Part shown: positions 50,469 through 60,028 of the stretch, one piece after another
Layout: each line of letters starts with the position of its first letter
How positions within the stretch are numbered: the first letter of the stretch is position 1
Source of the DNA: Alistipes sp. CAG:514
GTDB lineage: Bacteria; Bacteroidota; Bacteroidia; Bacteroidales; UBA932
Length of the DNA stretch: 64,000 nt
Reading direction: 5' to 3'
NCBI GenBank assembly: GCA_000431015.1
Contig: HF986083.1
Coordinates: 25,356-89,355 of the forward strand
Notes under the pieces: model-generated
Seen by the model: the letters and a program-made list of their open reading frames with translations, nothing else
What the model was told of the DNA's origin: nothing
The model's database searches: none
Translations under genes and position numbers: made by a program

Positions 50469-50882
50469 TCATCTGTCATTGATGTGGGCCTCGATGGCTT
50501 TGACCAACTTGTCCGGGCAGCGCACAGGGCGTCCGGTAGCCTTGTTGAGAAAGCCCAGGGTGACCTTACCCTCCACGCAGAGCGCGCCGTCCTGATTGTA
50601 GACCGCCTGCCTTACATGGAGCTTGGCCATCGGAACCTCATCTATCATGGCGACAGCGCGTACCACATCACCCATCTTGGCCGGAAGCCTGTAACGACAT
50701 TCTACCGTGACGATCGGTATGGTCACGCCATCCTCCTCACATTTCTCTATAGGGTACCCGCAATCGATCATCAGGGTGTTCCTGGCGCACTCGAAATAAC
50801 GGATGTAGTTCGAGTGGTGGACAATGCCCATCTGGTCGGTTTCATAGTACCTGACAGGGAAAGAAGTCTCGGAATATACCAT
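50469..50882 (-). CDS. Acyl-CoA thioesterase (hotdog fold, YbgC/4HBT family)
   Basis: FPVRYYETDQMGIVHHSNYIRYFE signature; 137 aa. Confidence 0.85.
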   Translation of the reverse strand: MVYSETSFPVRYYETDQMGIVHHSNYIRYFECARNTLMIDCGYPIEKCEEDGVTIPIVTVECRYRLPAKMGDVVRAVAMIDEVPMAKLHVRQAVYNQDGALCVEGKVTLGFLNKATGRPVRCPDKLVKAIEAHINDR

Positions 50883-50918
50883 AACAAAAATGTTAATACC
50901 TAAAACAACTTTGTTTCA

Positions 50919-53582
50919 CTACTTGCTTTTCAATGTAGCCAAAGCCTTTTCGTAGCTTTCAATCTTAGAAAGGCTATCGGCCTCCTTCTTGCGTTCGAGA
51001 GCGATGACTTTCTCAGGCGCATGGGCAACGAAGCTCTCGTTGTCGAGTTTTTTCCTCACGGAAGCGAGGAATCCGCGCTGGTGCTCAAGCTCCGCCTCGA
51101 TCTTCCTGACCTCTTCCTCCACATCCACAAGACCGGCCAGTGGAACGAACAGCTCAACCGTACGGACAAGCATCGAAACTCCGGCGGACTCGCCGAAATC
51201 AGCGACCTTCTCGACCGAAGAGACGTTGGCGAGCTTGGTGACGAGCGGGAGCATATTCATAGGGAAGTCACCTTTCACCTTCAAGGAAAGGCTTTCCCTC
51301 GGAGAGATGCTCTTCTGCTGGCGGATGCCACGGATACCGTTGACGGACTCCTGGGCGATGCCGAACTCCTCGATGACCTTGCGATCGACCTCCCCGGCAC
51401 GAGGAGTCGGCTGGTACATGATGGTCTCCCCTTCCTTACGCTCCGCCATCGACTGCCAGAGTTCCTCCGTGATGAACGGCATCACCGGATGAATCATCTT
51501 CAGAAGCTTCTCAAAGAATATGATCGTGGCGTCGTAAGTCTCCTTGTCGATGCCTTCGCCGAAAGCCGGCTTGACAGCCTCAAGATACCAGGCGCAGTAG
51601 TCATCCCAGAAAAGCTTGTAGATGCTCATCAGCGCGTCGGAGATCCTGAACTTCGAATAATGATCCTCGACTGCCTCGACAGTCTGATTAAGTTTACTGT
51701 CAAACCACTTGACCGCCAACTTATTGACATCACTCTGCTGAAGCGACGCATCAATAGTCCATCCTTGCACGAGGCGGAAAGAGTTCCAGATCTTGTTGCA
51801 GAAATTCCTGCCCTGCTCCACCTGAGACTCGTCGTAGAATATGTCGTTGCCGGCAGAGGAGCAAAGGAGCATTCCTATCCTCACGGCATCGGCGCCGTAC
51901 TTGGCGATAAGGTCAAGCGGATCCGGGGAGTTGCCGAGAGTCTTGGACATCTTCCTGCCCAGTTTGTCACGCACGATTCCGGTGAAATAGACGTTCCCGA
52001 AAGGAATGTCGTTCATGAACTCCTCTCCGGCCATGATCATCCTCGCCACCCAGAAGAAGATGATGTCGGGACCCGTAACCAAGTCATTTGTAGGATAATA
52101 GTAAGCAAGATCCTTGTTTGGCTTGTGGTCAGGATGCCCAGGCTTCTCAGGGTCGAAGACAGAGATCGGCCACAGCCAGCTTGAGAACCACGTGTCAAGC
52201 ACATCGTCATCCTGCCTTAAGTCAGCCGCGGTAAGCGACGGATCGATCTTCCGCGCGGCGGCCAGGGCCTTTTCCGGAGTTTCCTCCACAACGATCCGTC
52301 CGTCAGGAAGATAGTAGGCCGGGATACGCTGTCCCCACCAGAGCTGGCGGGAAATGCACCAGTCGTGGGCGTTCTCCATCCAGTGGCGATAAGTGTTGCG
52401 GTACTTGTCGGGGATGAGCTTGATCCTGCCAGACTCCACGCTTTCAAGAGCCTTGGCGGCGAGATCCTCCATCCTTAGGAACCACTGGGCCGACAACTTC
52501 GGCTCGATCACGGCGTTCGTCCTTTCAGAATAACCCACAGGCGAGGTATATTCCTCTATCCTCTCAAGATTGCCGGACTCCTCCAGCATCTTGACAATCT
52601 TCTTTCTGGCCTCGAAACGATCCTCACCAACCAGGATCTGAGCCTTCTCGTTCAACCTGCCGTGATCATCGATGATGTCCAGGACAGGAAGGTTGTGACG
52701 CAGTCCGATCTCGTAGTCGTGGGCGTCGTGCGCCGGAGTGACCTTAAGGCAGCCTGTTCCGAAATCCATCTCGACATAGCTGTCCTCCACAACAGGGATC
52801 TCCCTGTTGATCAATGGGATCAGAACCTTCTTCCCTTTCAGCCAATGATGTCTCTCGTCCGCGGGATTCACGCAGATGGCGGCGTCGGCCATAATGGTCT
52901 CCGGACGTGTGGTGGCGATCACGAGATACTTGTCGGTCGGATTGCCGTTGCCGTCGGAGATGTAGTACCTGAGGTGATAGAAATGGCTCTTCGTGTCCTT
53001 GTGCACGACCTCGTCGTCACTGATAGCGGTCAGAGCCACAGGATCCCAGTTCACCATCCTCACTCCTCTATAGATCATACCTTTCTTATAGAAATAGCAG
53101 AAAGTGGCGATCACAGCGTCCGACAAGGCCGGCTCCATCGTGAAGCGCGTGCGATCCCAGTCACAGGAAGCCCCCAGCTTGCGGAGTTGCCGGAGGATGA
53201 TGCCGCCGTGTTCCTCTTTCCACTCCCAGGCATATTTCATGAACTCGTCGCGGGTCAGATCCTCCTTCGATATTCCCATACCCTTGAGCTTGGCCACAAC
53301 CTTGCTTTCGGTGGCGATGGAGGCGTGGTCGGTTCCGGGCACCCAGCAGGCGTTCTTCCCGTCCATCCTCGCCTTACGGATCAGCACATCATTCAGCGTG
53401 TTGTTCAGCACGTGGCCCATGTGAAGGATTCCCGTCACGTTAGGTGGCGGAATCACTATAGTGTACGGTTCTTTCTCGTTCGGTTCCGAGTGGAAGCACT
53501 TATGCTCGGTCCACCAGACATACCATTTGTCTTCTACTTCCGCCGGATTGTACTTCGCGGAAAGATCTTTTTTCTCGCTCAT
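50919..53582 (-). CDS. valS: Valine--tRNA ligase
   Basis: HIGH motif (PPPNVTGILHMGHVL), KMSKS motif (KMSKTLGN), C-terminal coiled coil. Confidence 0.97.
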   Translation of the reverse strand: MSEKKDLSAKYNPAEVEDKWYVWWTEHKCFHSEPNEKEPYTIVIPPPNVTGILHMGHVLNNTLNDVLIRKARMDGKNACWVPGTDHASIATESKVVAKLKGMGISKEDLTRDEFMKYAWEWKEEHGGIILRQLRKLGASCDWDRTRFTMEPALSDAVIATFCYFYKKGMIYRGVRMVNWDPVALTAISDDEVVHKDTKSHFYHLRYYISDGNGNPTDKYLVIATTRPETIMADAAICVNPADERHHWLKGKKVLIPLINREIPVVEDSYVEMDFGTGCLKVTPAHDAHDYEIGLRHNLPVLDIIDDHGRLNEKAQILVGEDRFEARKKIVKMLEESGNLERIEEYTSPVGYSERTNAVIEPKLSAQWFLRMEDLAAKALESVESGRIKLIPDKYRNTYRHWMENAHDWCISRQLWWGQRIPAYYLPDGRIVVEETPEKALAAARKIDPSLTAADLRQDDDVLDTWFSSWLWPISVFDPEKPGHPDHKPNKDLAYYYPTNDLVTGPDIIFFWVARMIMAGEEFMNDIPFGNVYFTGIVRDKLGRKMSKTLGNSPDPLDLIAKYGADAVRIGMLLCSSAGNDIFYDESQVEQGRNFCNKIWNSFRLVQGWTIDASLQQSDVNKLAVKWFDSKLNQTVEAVEDHYSKFRISDALMSIYKLFWDDYCAWYLEAVKPAFGEGIDKETYDATIIFFEKLLKMIHPVMPFITEELWQSMAERKEGETIMYQPTPRAGEVDRKVIEEFGIAQESVNGIRGIRQQKSISPRESLSLKVKGDFPMNMLPLVTKLANVSSVEKVADFGESAGVSMLVRTVELFVPLAGLVDVEEEVRKIEAELEHQRGFLASVRKKLDNESFVAHAPEKVIALERKKEADSLSKIESYEKALATLKSK

Positions 53583-53608
53583 ATTTTGCTAACAATATAC
53601 AAAGTTTA

Positions 53609-53616
53609 CAAATATA
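53609..53616 (-). promoter_or_regulatory. -7 box within TGTGCTATATTTGTA upstream of valS
   Basis: Exact TAnnTTTG match 27 nt upstream of the ATG. A 15-nt string identical to the CNNM promoter. The plus-strand box TAAATTTG lies at 53630..53637. Confidence 0.45.
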
Positions 53617-53658
53617 GCACATTTTTCACTAAATTTGCCTTAAAAACACACAGATACT

Positions 53659-53988
53659 ATGGAAGGGAAACAAGAAATCAAATTGGAGATCAGACCGGAA
53701 ATCGCAAGAGGCACATACTCAAACCTTGCGATCATCTCTCACTCGCACAGCGAATTCGTCATCGACTTCGCCACCATCCTGCCGGGTATGGACAAACCGG
53801 ACATCAGCAACCGCATCCTGATGACACCGGAGCATGCCAAGCGTCTGTTGAACGCCCTGATGGACAATGTCACGAAATACGAATCGCAATTCGGTCTCAT
53901 CAAGCTCGGAGGCGGACAGCCGCAGGGCGACGGGACATTCAACCTCGGTGACCTGCCTAACTTCGGCCCTAACGGAGCTAAATCATAA
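53659..53988 (+). CDS. Small conserved hypothetical protein (DUF3467-like)
   Basis: 109 aa. Coding-like composition and a -7 box 22 nt upstream. The function call is a recollection of a small Bacteroidetes family and is not certain. Confidence 0.45.
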   Translation: MEGKQEIKLEIRPEIARGTYSNLAIISHSHSEFVIDFATILPGMDKPDISNRILMTPEHAKRLLNALMDNVTKYESQFGLIKLGGGQPQGDGTFNLGDLPNFGPNGAKS

Positions 53989-53994
53989 CTTAAG

Positions 53995-54519
53995 ATGAAC
54001 GACTTCAAGAACATCAAAGCGTTTACGTTCGACATAGACGGCGTGATGACGGACGGTGGCATACTCGCCGATCTTGAGGGGCAGCTTTACAGGACTTTCG
54101 ACGCCAAGGACGGGTTCGCCGTCAGGATGGCCAGTCTGAACGGCTTCCCTGTCGGCGTGATCACCGGAGGGCGCTCACAAAGCATCAGAGCGCGGTTCAG
54201 TACGAACGGCATCAATCCCGAGGACATCTACCTCGGCTCACGGAACAAAATCGAGGACTTTGAGGATTTCTGCAAGAGGCATAACCTAAAGCCCGAAGAA
54301 GTAATGTATTTCGGTGACGACATCCCGGACATCGAAGTCATCAGGGCAGCCGGAATCGGTGTCTGTCCGAGCGATGCCGTCGATGAAGTCAAGGAAGCCG
54401 CCGACATCGTCTCGGAACGCCCGGGCGGAAAAGGCTGCGTGCGCGAGTACATGGAGAAAACCATGAAGGCGCAGGGACGCTGGGTCTTCGACGCGCTCGC
54501 CTACAAGAAAAAATTCTAA
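53995..54519 (+). CDS. kdsC: 3-deoxy-D-manno-octulosonate 8-phosphate phosphatase KdsC (HAD-IIIA)
   Basis: FDIDGVMTDG motif I, GDDIPD motif; 174 aa. Confidence 0.85.
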   Translation: MNDFKNIKAFTFDIDGVMTDGGILADLEGQLYRTFDAKDGFAVRMASLNGFPVGVITGGRSQSIRARFSTNGINPEDIYLGSRNKIEDFEDFCKRHNLKPEEVMYFGDDIPDIEVIRAAGIGVCPSDAVDEVKEAADIVSERPGGKGCVREYMEKTMKAQGRWVFDALAYKKKF

Positions 54520-54532
54520 AAGCTCCCTGAAT

Positions 54533-55114
54533 ATGGACACACACGGAAAGAAGATCATCCTGGCCTCCAACTCCCCTCGAAGACGCGAGCTGCTCGCCGG
54601 CCTTGGCATAGAATTCACCGTCGATGCGGACACTTCGTTTGTCGAGGAATATTCTCCTGACACTCCGCACGTTAAGATCCCCGAGCTGATGTCGGAGGGC
54701 AAGTCCCTGGGGTTCCACCGCAAGCTGGAGAGCGACGAGGTTCTCATCACGTCCGACACGATGGTACTGTGCGGAAGCGAGATTCTTGGCAAGCCCCAAG
54801 ACAGGGCGGACGCGGTAAGAATGCTCAGACTGCTTTCCGGCCGTGAGCATCAGGTGATCTCTGCCGTGACAATCCGCGACAGAAGCTGGAAAAAGACTTT
54901 CTCCGTCAGCACGGATGTCTATTTCAAAGACTTGTCCGACAGTGAGATAGACTACTACATCGACAACTATAAACCATTCGACAAGGCCGGTGCCTACGGC
55001 ATACAGGAATGGATCGGCTACATCGGCATCACTCGTCTGGACGGATCATTCTACAATGTCATGGGCTTTCCTACCCAAAGATTCTATGATGAACTTCAGG
55101 ATTTTCTCTTATAA
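54533..55114 (+). CDS. maf: Maf-like nucleoside triphosphate pyrophosphatase
   Basis: KIILASNSPRRRELL N-terminus and Maf fold pattern; 193 aa. Confidence 0.9.
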   Translation: MDTHGKKIILASNSPRRRELLAGLGIEFTVDADTSFVEEYSPDTPHVKIPELMSEGKSLGFHRKLESDEVLITSDTMVLCGSEILGKPQDRADAVRMLRLLSGREHQVISAVTIRDRSWKKTFSVSTDVYFKDLSDSEIDYYIDNYKPFDKAGAYGIQEWIGYIGITRLDGSFYNVMGFPTQRFYDELQDFLL

Positions 55115-56039
55115 GACATCTCATGAGCCGACAAGGCGTAAGCTTTCCGTGCTCTTCTCGCTGACGATCCTCTGGCTTGCCGTGCTTACAGGCTGCAACC
55201 AGGACGTTTTCGTCAGGCACATTGACCCGTCACAACGCGACTTCACTATCAAGGAAGACGGTGACTCATTGCTCATCCGCTTCAAGTCAAGTGATTGGAG
55301 AGTCACGGCTGTCGAAAGAAAGGGCCAGAGATATTACCACGGCATCCAAGCCTCCACATCAGACGGCAAGATGACTCTCGGCGACTTCACAATCCATCTC
55401 AGAAAAAACGGCGTGAAAGAGTTGGCGGTGACCTTCGATCCTAACTTCTCCGATGCTGAGAACGAAGTCAAGATATTCATTGCCAACAACTACGAAGAGG
55501 ATTCCGTACTTGTCCGGCAGCCGGCCTCGTCCGGTTACGACTTGGAGGATCTGGTTTGGAGCGAGGAGGTCGTCCGCCTGAATTCATGGAATGAGATCGA
55601 GGAGGCATGGGGGCTGTGCTTCAAGAATCAGACTCCTGACACGCTGTGGATTGAGAAGAAGGTTTTTGAAGGGGCGAAAAGGATTATAACCTTTACGGGA
55701 GACTCCGGCTTCGGTCTGTATGGCGGCAACCTTGACATCCCTGTGCCGGACGGAGTGCTGACTAAAGACAACACTCTGAAATTCAGCGGAGAAAGGGCAG
55801 ACTACCGCCTTTCAGACACTGAATATGCCTATAAAAATGACAAGATCGCAAGGATGTTCTTTCCTCCTGACAGCTCCTACACCAAGTGCTACCGGATCCT
55901 CTGGAGCATTGACGCCTATCGGGTCGGCTACACGCTCAGGATAAGGAACAGATCGACCGGCAATGTCCTTAGCATAGAAGGGACGATGACGAGCAAATCC
56001 CCAAATGGCAAGTCATTCCTTATCAACGAGAAAAAATGA
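55086..56039 (+). CDS. Hypothetical lipoprotein
   Basis: Start MMNFRIFSYK... with lipoprotein signal LAVLTGCNQ. The ORF-track start 54990 would overlap maf by 125 nt and is rejected. 29-nt overlap with the maf end; ATGA overlap with the next gene. Confidence 0.5.
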   Translation: MMNFRIFSYKTSHEPTRRKLSVLFSLTILWLAVLTGCNQDVFVRHIDPSQRDFTIKEDGDSLLIRFKSSDWRVTAVERKGQRYYHGIQASTSDGKMTLGDFTIHLRKNGVKELAVTFDPNFSDAENEVKIFIANNYEEDSVLVRQPASSGYDLEDLVWSEEVVRLNSWNEIEEAWGLCFKNQTPDTLWIEKKVFEGAKRIITFTGDSGFGLYGGNLDIPVPDGVLTKDNTLKFSGERADYRLSDTEYAYKNDKIARMFFPPDSSYTKCYRILWSIDAYRVGYTLRIRNRSTGNVLSIEGTMTSKSPNGKSFLINEKK

Positions 56040-57271
56040 ACTTAAGAATATTCATAAAACCACTCCTGGCGCTTCTTCCCGTCCTCATCGGCGGGATTGA
56101 CGCCTCCGCGCGGCAGGCCGATTCGACAAAGTACACGCACCGTGTCGGAGTGAATGTCCGTCCGTCGCACATCATGCCGACGCACAGGTTCTTCAGGGGT
56201 GAGAACGAACTGGGGAAACGGCTCTCCGCAAGCGGATCCGCCCACCTTCAGTATTCCTTCTCATTTCCGCAAAGCAGCCGTTTCGGAAAAACATATCCGA
56301 CTGCCTATCAAGGAATAGGACTGGCTTGGAACACCTTCTTCGACCAAAAGGAAATAGGCTCACCAGCCGCCGTCTACGTTTTTCAAGGAGCAAGGCTGGC
56401 AAGCATCGCGCCCAGATTGTCACTGAACTACGAATGGAATTTCGGCGTGTCCTTCGGATGGCACCCCTACGATCCGAACGGCGAGATTCTCGGCTACGAG
56501 AACAGCATGAACCTCGTTGTCGGATCAAGGGTCAACGCCTACATCAATTTCGGCTTGCTGCTTTCGTGGCAACCTTTTGACAACTGGACACTTTCCGCCG
56601 GAGCCGACCTGACCCATTTCTCCAACGGCAACACAAGCTATCCGAACGCCGGGGTGAACACCATAGGAGGCAGAGTCGGCGTGACACGGAGTTTCGGTCC
56701 TTCGGGACACCTATTGACATCCAAGGCAAAGCGGTCTTCGGATTGTTCCTTTACTGATGGCACGAGACCTGCCTCCAGGATGACCTACGACATCCTTCTG
56801 TACGGAGCCGGCAGGACCAAGGGGCTGATCTGGCACGACTCCCCTTACATCGCGGAAGGCAGTTTCGGAATATTAGGACTGAATGTCAGCCCGTTATACC
56901 GTGTGAACAAATTCTTCAGAGCCGGCGCGTCACTTGATGTCCAGTACGACGAGAGCGCCAATGTCATCGACCATGTCGCCGGGACCGATGAGGATGGAAA
57001 CATCCGTTTCTACCGCCCGCCACTGAACGAACAGCTAGGCATAGGTGTTTCGTTGAGAGCCGAGTTCGTCATGCCGGTCTTCTCGGTCAACATCGGCTTT
57101 GGCCGCAACGTGATCTATAAAGGAGACGAGCTGAAGGGGTTCTATCAGACTCTTGCCCTGAAAACCGACATCCACAAAGGGCTGTACCTTCACATTGGTT
57201 ACAAACTCCACGACTTCCACGACCCGAACAATCTGATGCTGGGTCTTGGCTGGCGCTTCGGCAACCGTTAA
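56036..57271 (+). CDS. Outer-membrane acyloxyacyl hydrolase, PagL-like lipid A deacylase family
   Basis: Signal peptide and beta-barrel periodicity. HFSNG motif (catalytic His/Ser of PagL-like enzymes). C-terminal aromatic strand. Confidence 0.55.
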   Translation: MNLRIFIKPLLALLPVLIGGIDASARQADSTKYTHRVGVNVRPSHIMPTHRFFRGENELGKRLSASGSAHLQYSFSFPQSSRFGKTYPTAYQGIGLAWNTFFDQKEIGSPAAVYVFQGARLASIAPRLSLNYEWNFGVSFGWHPYDPNGEILGYENSMNLVVGSRVNAYINFGLLLSWQPFDNWTLSAGADLTHFSNGNTSYPNAGVNTIGGRVGVTRSFGPSGHLLTSKAKRSSDCSFTDGTRPASRMTYDILLYGAGRTKGLIWHDSPYIAEGSFGILGLNVSPLYRVNKFFRAGASLDVQYDESANVIDHVAGTDEDGNIRFYRPPLNEQLGIGVSLRAEFVMPVFSVNIGFGRNVIYKGDELKGFYQTLALKTDIHKGLYLHIGYKLHDFHDPNNLMLGLGWRFGNR

Positions 57272-57322
57272 GTAATCCTTTTATTTTTTAACGCTTACTA
57301 AGCAGCCAGTTCAGGGAAAATA

Positions 57323-58405
57323 TTACTTGACAGATTCCTGATTGCCACCGTCTTCCTTTGGAAGCACAATGGGGCGGAAGCGTTTCTGACGGCGTTCCCA
57401 ACGCTCGCGTGCAAACTGCTGCATGTCGATCGCCTGGTCGTTCTCGTCGATGATCTCCAGGCCGAGGATCGTCTCGATGATGTCCTCCATGGTGATGATG
57501 CCCTGGAAGCAGCCATATTCATCAATGATGAGGGCGATCTGCTCGTGCTTCTTGAGCAGTTCCTCCCAGATGTAGCCGCAGGAGTCCTCCTCCTTGAAGA
57601 AGGAGATCGGGCGTTTCAGCTCCACCAGCCTCTTGTCGAACTCATCGTCCGCCAGTCCCTCAAGGGCATCGCTCAGAAGGATGTAGCCGGTGATGTATTC
57701 AGGCGAATCGGCGTAGACAGGGATCCTGGAGAAATGCAGGTAAGTCTCGTTCTTGTAGAAGTTCTTCAGCGTCATGTTCTCCTGGGCGGTCATCGCCACG
57801 ATCCTCGGAGTCATCACGTCGCACGCCTGCACGTTGTCCAGCTTCATTATGTTCTGGATAACCTTGTTCTCGTCGGAGTCGATCACGCCTTCCTCCAATC
57901 CGATGTTAGCCATTGCGGTCACCTCTTCCCTGCTGACGGTCGCCTCGTCATCATCCTTGCTCAACAAGTTGGTGATCAACTGCACCATGATCACAAGAGG
58001 CCACATCAGCACAGTCAGGAAAGAGATCACCGAGGTCACGAAGCCCATCAGATTCTTCCAGTAAGTAGTTCCGATGGTCTTAGGCACGATCTCCGAGAAG
58101 ACCAGCACAAGCAATGTGGTCAAAGCAGAGATGATACCGAACCAAGTACTACCGAACAGTATTGTGGCCTGACGGCCCACTGCCGCCGCACCCAAGGTGT
58201 TGGCGATCGTGTTCAACGACAGGATCGCCGCCAGAGGCCTGTCCGGATCGGATTTGTACTTGAGGAACTTCTCCGCCGGCTTGTACCCCTGCTCCTTCTT
58301 CATCGTGATGAAAGAGATCGGCGTCGACATCAACACCGATTCCAGTAGCGAGCAGAGGAACGACACACCCAGCGTCGCCAGCATGTAAACTATAAGCAGA
58401 GCCAT
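57323..58405 (-). CDS. HlyC/CorC (CNNM) family transporter: DUF21 membrane domain plus CBS pair
   Basis: Four TM N-terminal domain followed by tandem CBS domains and a CorC_HlyC-like C-terminus; 360 aa. Confidence 0.85.
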   Translation of the reverse strand: MALLIVYMLATLGVSFLCSLLESVLMSTPISFITMKKEQGYKPAEKFLKYKSDPDRPLAAILSLNTIANTLGAAAVGRQATILFGSTWFGIISALTTLLVLVFSEIVPKTIGTTYWKNLMGFVTSVISFLTVLMWPLVIMVQLITNLLSKDDDEATVSREEVTAMANIGLEEGVIDSDENKVIQNIMKLDNVQACDVMTPRIVAMTAQENMTLKNFYKNETYLHFSRIPVYADSPEYITGYILLSDALEGLADDEFDKRLVELKRPISFFKEEDSCGYIWEELLKKHEQIALIIDEYGCFQGIITMEDIIETILGLEIIDENDQAIDMQQFARERWERRQKRFRPIVLPKEDGGNQESVK

Positions 58406-58426
58406 AGGATTTCTTAATATCTCCTA

Positions 58427-58434
58427 CAAATATA
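58427..58434 (-). promoter_or_regulatory. -7 box within TGTGCTATATTTGTA upstream of the CNNM/HlyC transporter gene
   Basis: Exact TAnnTTTG match 22 nt upstream of the ATG; extended identity with the valS promoter. Confidence 0.45.
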
Positions 58435-58540
58435 GCACAAATTTCATCTTTCCGCCTAAAATACTATCGCCTGACTCACAAATATCCCGGAGATCGAACC
58501 TTCTTCGCCTAACTCACAACCTTACTCCGTAAGATCGGAT

Positions 58541-59833
58541 CTACTTTATACGGAGGAAGGAGTAGCCGAAGCGTTCGCAGGCGGCGCGCTCAAGGGATTC
58601 GCGGTCGTCCGGGTGGGCGATGGAGATCAGGGCACGGGCGCGCTCGGCGAGATTCTTGTTGCGGAGATAGACACAACCATATTCAGTCACAACGTATTGC
58701 GTCTGGAATCTGGTGGTGACCACGCCGGCTCCCGGAGCCAGGTTGGCGACAATCTTGCCGCGGCCTTTCCCGGTGCGGGAAGGGAGGGCTATGAATGTCT
58801 TGCCTCCTTCGGACAGGGCGGCTCCGTACATGAAGTCGTGCTGTCCCCCGACGCTGGAGAAGATCTTCTCGCCTATGCTGTCGGCGCAGATCTGACCGGT
58901 AAGGTCAACCTCGATAGCCGAGTTGATGGCCATGGCGTTAGGGTTCTGACGGATCCGTTGCGGGTCATTAGTCCAGCTGACATCGTAGAAGACGGCATCC
59001 TTGTTATGGTCCAGGTACTCATACATGTGGCGGGAGCCGAGAGCCAGACAGGCCACGCTGCGCCCCGGCTCGATCTTCTTCAAGGAGTTGTCGATAACGC
59101 CCGACTGCATAAGGCGGAACACGCCGTCCGTCATCGCCTCGGTGTGGAGACCGAGGTGCTTGTGATCCTTCAGGCCGTTCAGAGTCGCGTTCGGGATGCC
59201 GCCCACACCGATCTGGAGGGTGGCGCCGTCAGGAATCTCGGCGGCGATGTAGGAGCCGATCGCCGACTCGATCTCCGTCGGCGGGCCGAACTGCATGTCC
59301 ACCGGCGGATCGTCACACTCAACAGCGGCGGTGATCTGCGACTCATGGATCATGGCGGTGCCGTAGAGGTACGGAATGCTCTTGTTGACCTGTGCGATCA
59401 CAATCTTGGCGGACTCCACGGCAGGTTGCGCCAGATCCGCGGAAATGTTGTAGCTGCAATAGCCGTTCTCGTCAGGAAGCGAGCAGTTGATGCACGCCAC
59501 ATCGACAGGAATCTCATGACGGCGGATGAGCGACGGGAGTTCGCCCAGAAAACCCGGAATAAGGCTTCCGTAGCCCTGTGCGACATATTCCCGCTGATCC
59601 GCGCAGAGGAAAAGGCTGTTCACGAAGAATGATTCCTTGTACTCCGGCCTGCAGAAAGGAGCGGGACCCTTGGTGATGTTGAATCCGGAGACGATGTTGA
59701 CTCCGCGAAGCTCATCCGCGCGGCGGGCAAGAGCCTCCTGGATGATCACAGGAACAGCGGTGCTGCCCTGAAAGAAGACCCAGTCACCTGACTTTACGAG
59801 TTTTACGGCCTCGTCAGCGCTAACGTATTTCAT
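58541..59833 (-). CDS. Acetyl-CoA hydrolase/transferase family protein (4-hydroxybutyrate/succinyl-CoA:acetate CoA-transferase-like)
   Basis: Family pattern throughout (GxGG, catalytic Glu region). The ATG giving MKYVSADEAVKLVKSGDWVFF is preferred over the 21-codon upstream extension (ORF-track start 59896), which lies inside a hairpin loop. Confidence 0.8.
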   Translation of the reverse strand: MKYVSADEAVKLVKSGDWVFFQGSTAVPVIIQEALARRADELRGVNIVSGFNITKGPAPFCRPEYKESFFVNSLFLCADQREYVAQGYGSLIPGFLGELPSLIRRHEIPVDVACINCSLPDENGYCSYNISADLAQPAVESAKIVIAQVNKSIPYLYGTAMIHESQITAAVECDDPPVDMQFGPPTEIESAIGSYIAAEIPDGATLQIGVGGIPNATLNGLKDHKHLGLHTEAMTDGVFRLMQSGVIDNSLKKIEPGRSVACLALGSRHMYEYLDHNKDAVFYDVSWTNDPQRIRQNPNAMAINSAIEVDLTGQICADSIGEKIFSSVGGQHDFMYGAALSEGGKTFIALPSRTGKGRGKIVANLAPGAGVVTTRFQTQYVVTEYGCVYLRNKNLAERARALISIAHPDDRESLERAACERFGYSFLRIK

Positions 59834-59871
59834 AAAATAATGTTCAATAAATAACTCAACTTTCGCAAGTA

Positions 59872-59921
59872 GGCAATCACCTGCTGTCAAATACATTATC
59901 TCACGTTCGGAGGTGATTGCC
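59872..59921. other. 11-bp inverted repeat (GGCAATCACCT ... AGGTGATTGCC) with a 28-nt loop in the 5' region of the CoA-transferase gene
   Basis: Perfect complementarity; the loop contains the rejected upstream ATG at 59896. Confidence 0.4.
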
Positions 59922-59955
59922 CACCCACATCATTTAACGTTACCCCCTCCCTAAA

Positions 59956-60028
59956 TCCCTCCCCTCGGGGGAGGGACTTGCTTTCACTGCAAGCAGTGAA
60001 GAAGAGTGGTGTTTCGCAAATGCGAAAC
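59956..60028. terminator. Three consecutive short GC-rich hairpins downstream of the aminotransferase stop (candidate terminator/attenuator cluster)
   Basis: TCCCTCCCC-tcg-GGGGAGGGA (59956..59976); TTCACTG-caag-CAGTGAA (59983..60000); GTTTCGC-aaat-GCGAAAC (60011..60028). Confidence 0.4.

Noticed and set aside
54990-55085. ORF-track start 54990 for the lipoprotein gene (overlapping maf by 125 nt)
   Set aside because: The overlap would be with the maf coding frame. The downstream MMNFRIF... start gives a clean lipoprotein signal peptide (LTGC).
59834-59896. Upstream ATG (59896) giving a 21-aa extension MYLTAGDCLLAKVELFIEHYF on the CoA-transferase
   Set aside because: The extension is AT-rich, sits inside the loop of an 11-bp hairpin, and is not part of the conserved family N-terminus (MKYVSADEAVKLVKSGD).
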